Source: Phaeosaccion multiseriatum
Taxonomy: Eukaryota; Protista; Ochrophyta, other classes
Direction: 5' to 3'
Length of the DNA stretch: 64,000 nucleotides
NCBI GenBank assembly: GCA_965112735.1
Contig: OZ218956.1
Coordinates: forward strand, 744,001 to 808,000
In this document: in pieces, positions 60,644 through 64,000 of the stretch
Layout: each line of letters starts with the position of its first letter
How positions within the stretch are numbered: the stretch's first letter is position 1
Translations under genes and position numbers: made by a program
The notes under the pieces: model-generated
Told to the model about the DNA's origin: nothing
What the model saw: only the letters and a program-made list of their open reading frames with translations
The model's database searches: none

Positions 60644-63600
60644 ATGACGGACAAGGAGGGGGGGGCGGGGCAGGGGGGGTTTGATCCCCTCAAAGGTGAG
60701 TTCAAGAACAGAAGGGGAGAGAGAGAGGGAGGGGACGACCTCATCCTATTTTTACTATTTTGCCCCTTCTCTTGACACTGCAGAGGAGGACTCCACTACA
60801 TGGGAGGACGAAGAGAGCGAGATGAGTGTGGAGGACATACTCCACGCGATGAACCTGGAGGAGAAGCGTCGGAAGGCCAAGATTGTGGCTGCGAAGGATC
60901 GAAAGGCACTTCTGGAGAGGGTAAAGGCTATTCAAGGAGTGTCCGCTCTGAAGCAGAAGGAGGCTATCATTGCCAGGAAGAAGGCACGAATGCCGAGTAC
61001 GATTGCGAGAAACATTGCTTCGACGGTGTCTAAGGTTGCTAAGGAAGAATTTAAGGACGCCATGGAGGACGTACATATCATGTTGCGACCAGAATGGGTG
61101 AGTGAGGAGGGAGAGGTGGTGTGGATGAGTCCATAAAGCCGGCTGCTGTCGCACCCGGCAATGTCTCTGCTCTGAGTCCCGGTGCTCGAACCCCGTCCTG
61201 CAGCTCACACGGGAAGGGAGGCGTGCCAAGCATCTTCAGCGTATTTCACGGGCGGAACGCCAAATGGGGGCCATCTACCAGGAGCTCGCTAATACTCGGC
61301 AGAAAGAAGGAGAGCGGAAAAAGGTGGGCTGGTTGTTCTTCTCCGCCCCCTTGCGGCTTTCGTGGTGCACGAGTTAACGCATCGTCCTTTTGAACTCTGT
61401 CTCTGTGCCCAGCTCGACTACATTAGCTGGAAGACTAGAAAAGACATGCTGGAAAAGGGCAAGACCACCGACATGCTCAAGACACGCCTTGTAGTGATGG
61501 AAGACCTGAAGAAGCGAGAAGAGGACCTGAATCGATACCACGAGCGGATCGAGGCGGACTACATAAAGAGGAAGGTTGAGGAGCGAGAGAGGAAGGAGGC
61601 ACACCTTCAGGTACTGTGTGTTTTGAAAGCTCCTTGTTCAATGGTTGAGGCCGTCAACTGAAGGGCCAACGAACGACATTTCCCCGTCGAGCAGGCTCGC
61701 GAACACAAGCGCCAAGAGACTTCTCTAGCTCTCGCCAAACATTGGGATGAGCAAGGCATCATCTTGCGCCAACGAGCCAAGCAGCTGAATGAAGCGAGGA
61801 GGGAAAACATTGGCAAAGGCTACGTGGGGAAGCTTGGTCCACTTCAGGACGTGCTAGTGAGTGCTCCTAGGATGAAGTTAGTATACATGTATTGATATTC
61901 TGACGGGGGGGTTTGGGTCCTCTTGTATTTGTCCAGGAGGCTGCTCGGGAGGGGAAAGTAGAAGACCAAACCACGGCGCCTGAGGTGAATCACGGACAAG
62001 TGGCAACCATGCTTGCTGACAAGTTGGGTATTTATGCCCCGCCAGAAGCGCACTCTGCCTCCCAGGGTGGAGGCGGAGAGGACCCCTTCGAGGTCGACCT
62101 CTTCCAGCGCACGCTACAGGTTCGTCCTCGACCCTCCCTTTTTTTGTTTCGGCCCCCAGATAGTAGTGTCCGGTTTAAGTCTCCCTCCCTTGCCTTTTGT
62201 CTTGGCCAGGTGTCCCATGAAGAGGAGTGGGTCCGGCTTGCGGAGCTGGAGTCGGAGGAGCAAAGGACTCAGGCACTGTACGACTCTCTCCAGGTGAGGA
62301 CCCACGCGCGCCACTGGAAACAAGATGATGTGTTGGTCATTCAGTGTCTCCTGTCTTGTTTGTTCCAGGTTGAAATTGCTGCCCGTGGGGATGAGGTCGA
62401 TCGACTCGTGGATCTACGGGGTCGTCTGGAGGCGGAGAGGAAACAGCTGACTGAAGAGCACGTGCTGATGATGAGAGACTCGAGGGCAGCCAATAGGGAC
62501 CTTAGCGTCGTGGAGAAACAGGTAAAGGCAACACATGGGGGAGGGAGGGGGGATGCTTTTCATGTGCACCGTCCTGTCAACCATGGGTCCCCACGCAAAC
62601 GTCCTCCCATCTTTTGAAATGCAACGCAGATGCAGCACATGCGAAAGTTGAGGCAACGAGACATCCGCAACCAACTAGTCAGCCTGCAACAAAGCGTCGT
62701 AGCGAGCCGCAAGCTTGCATCGGACGCAGAGGCTCAGTCCCTGGGGGTGGCCCAAGGCGTGGCTTCGCTCAGAGAACAGGGGAGGGAGGAGCGCCAGAGG
62801 CTCGAAGGAATGAATAGCGGTCTAGGTAAGTCGAGGCTGGAACCTCTCTCCCTTTTGTCGGGTGTCCCAAAGGAAGGCAGAACTAAGCGCCTTCCACGAC
62901 TTCCGCACATGCGATGCAGGCTCTCTGCCCCTTGTGGTGGGTCGCAGCATCACAAAGGTGCCACAGTCGAGTGGTCCATTGGCGGGCAGCAAGCCTCTGG
63001 CGGGTGGACTCCCGTCTGACGAAATGACGATGGTCATGCACGCTAGCAGGCTGGAGGTGGTAAAGGCCTCTGTTTCTGAAGCCTTGAAGATGCATTCTGC
63101 AATACTTGTGGGAGAGCGGACCGAATGGCTCTCGCTCATTGAGCGAGAGAACCGGAAGGACGACTTGGAGGCGACCCTGTCAAGGATGGCGGCGGCCTCC
63201 GAGCGCTTGAAGCTGCTCGGTGGAGAGGATGTCAAGGAGAAGCTCGTGAGGGCAGTCGCCTCCTTCAGCAGAGCGGGCGGGAAACGCCTCCTACACGATG
63301 CGGGAAAGGTAACTCAGGCGGTATCTCCCTTCCTCCCTCCCTTTTCTCCCGCCAGATGGTAAGAGAGCTCTTCCCTTTCGTCGTTCTGTGCCGCCCATGT
63401 CAACGACAGGTGATTCGAGGCGCCCTTCCGTGGTGGATGCATAGAGAAGTAAGCATGTGCGCAAATGTGGAGCGCTGGTGTCCAAAGGATGTGGAATCTG
63501 AGGTGCCCGAGGGGGTGGCCACGCAAGAGGAGAATGAAGGCATTCCCAAGAAGGCCGATGAGGAGGTAGGGGCTTTGGCGGGACATGTCGCGGCGGTGAA

Positions 63601-64000
63601 CGGAGCTGACCCGGCGAATCACGCGGAACGAATGCAAGGATGCAGGTGAGTGTTTGCTGAGTCATCTAACTGCGTTCGGTTCGCAGAGTCGTTTGTTTCG
63701 CCTTCTTCCTAACTTCTGCAGTAATATCTTCCTGCCTTTTGCCACAGTCTATCGCGCGCAAGCATGGGCTACATTACGGGCGTTGTGCCGCTGCCGAAGT
63801 TTGAGCTGTGGACCATCAGTCTCGCAGTCACGAGGAGGGACCTCTGCTCGGATGATTGTGGCGACCCAAATGACTGGGTCGGGGTCAAGCTCGGACCGAC
63901 CTTAGATCAGCTCGCCGAGGTGCGTCGAGTCCCGTCTGTGCACCTCTTGCAATGCCTATTGTCGCCCGAAACGTTCACTCCCACTTGTCTCTTTTGTTGT
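60644..64000 (+). CDS. Long coiled-coil protein of unknown function; continues past the window end
   Basis: More than ten GT-AG-bounded exons with E/K/R/Q-rich heptad sequence; the last visible exon ends at a GT donor near 63920. Confidence 0.6.

Overview
Gene-dense, GC-rich eukaryotic DNA with short GT-AG spliceosomal introns. Gene content and leader peptides are consistent with a flagellated stramenopile/ochrophyte alga (inference). About 25 apparently intact protein genes are recognisable: 3R-MYB, a signal-peptide RHD3/Sey1-like GTPase, a GT37-like fucosyltransferase, an XRN-like exonuclease, L-aspartate oxidase, a hybrid pseudo-histidine kinase, Arp11/ACTR10, EPL1, IMP4, SAS6-like, RFC3, NMNAT-like, a secreted 5xCBM4/9 protein, Pcc1, an AFG2/SPATA5L1-like AAA ATPase, XMAP215, DNAL4, Nnf1-like, WRAP73, NCBP2, ARL2, a WD40 protein, ARV1 and two hypotheticals. 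Gene orientation alternates almost strictly. Three accessory islands (about 22.3-27.6 kb, 33.3-39.0 kb and 52.1-55.2 kb) hold several MITE/foldback families, a 590-bp (GTCT)n tract, decayed genes and a broken hAT/BED transposase. The most unusual items are two normally cytosolic enzymes carrying ER-type leaders (Sey1-like; XRN with a dsRBD-like insert), several apparent pseudo-enzymes, a recently duplicated non-catalytic multi-CBM protein, and a transposase ATG only 35 bp from the NCBP2 ATG. All calls are from manual motif recognition; no database searches were run and exon boundaries are manual.
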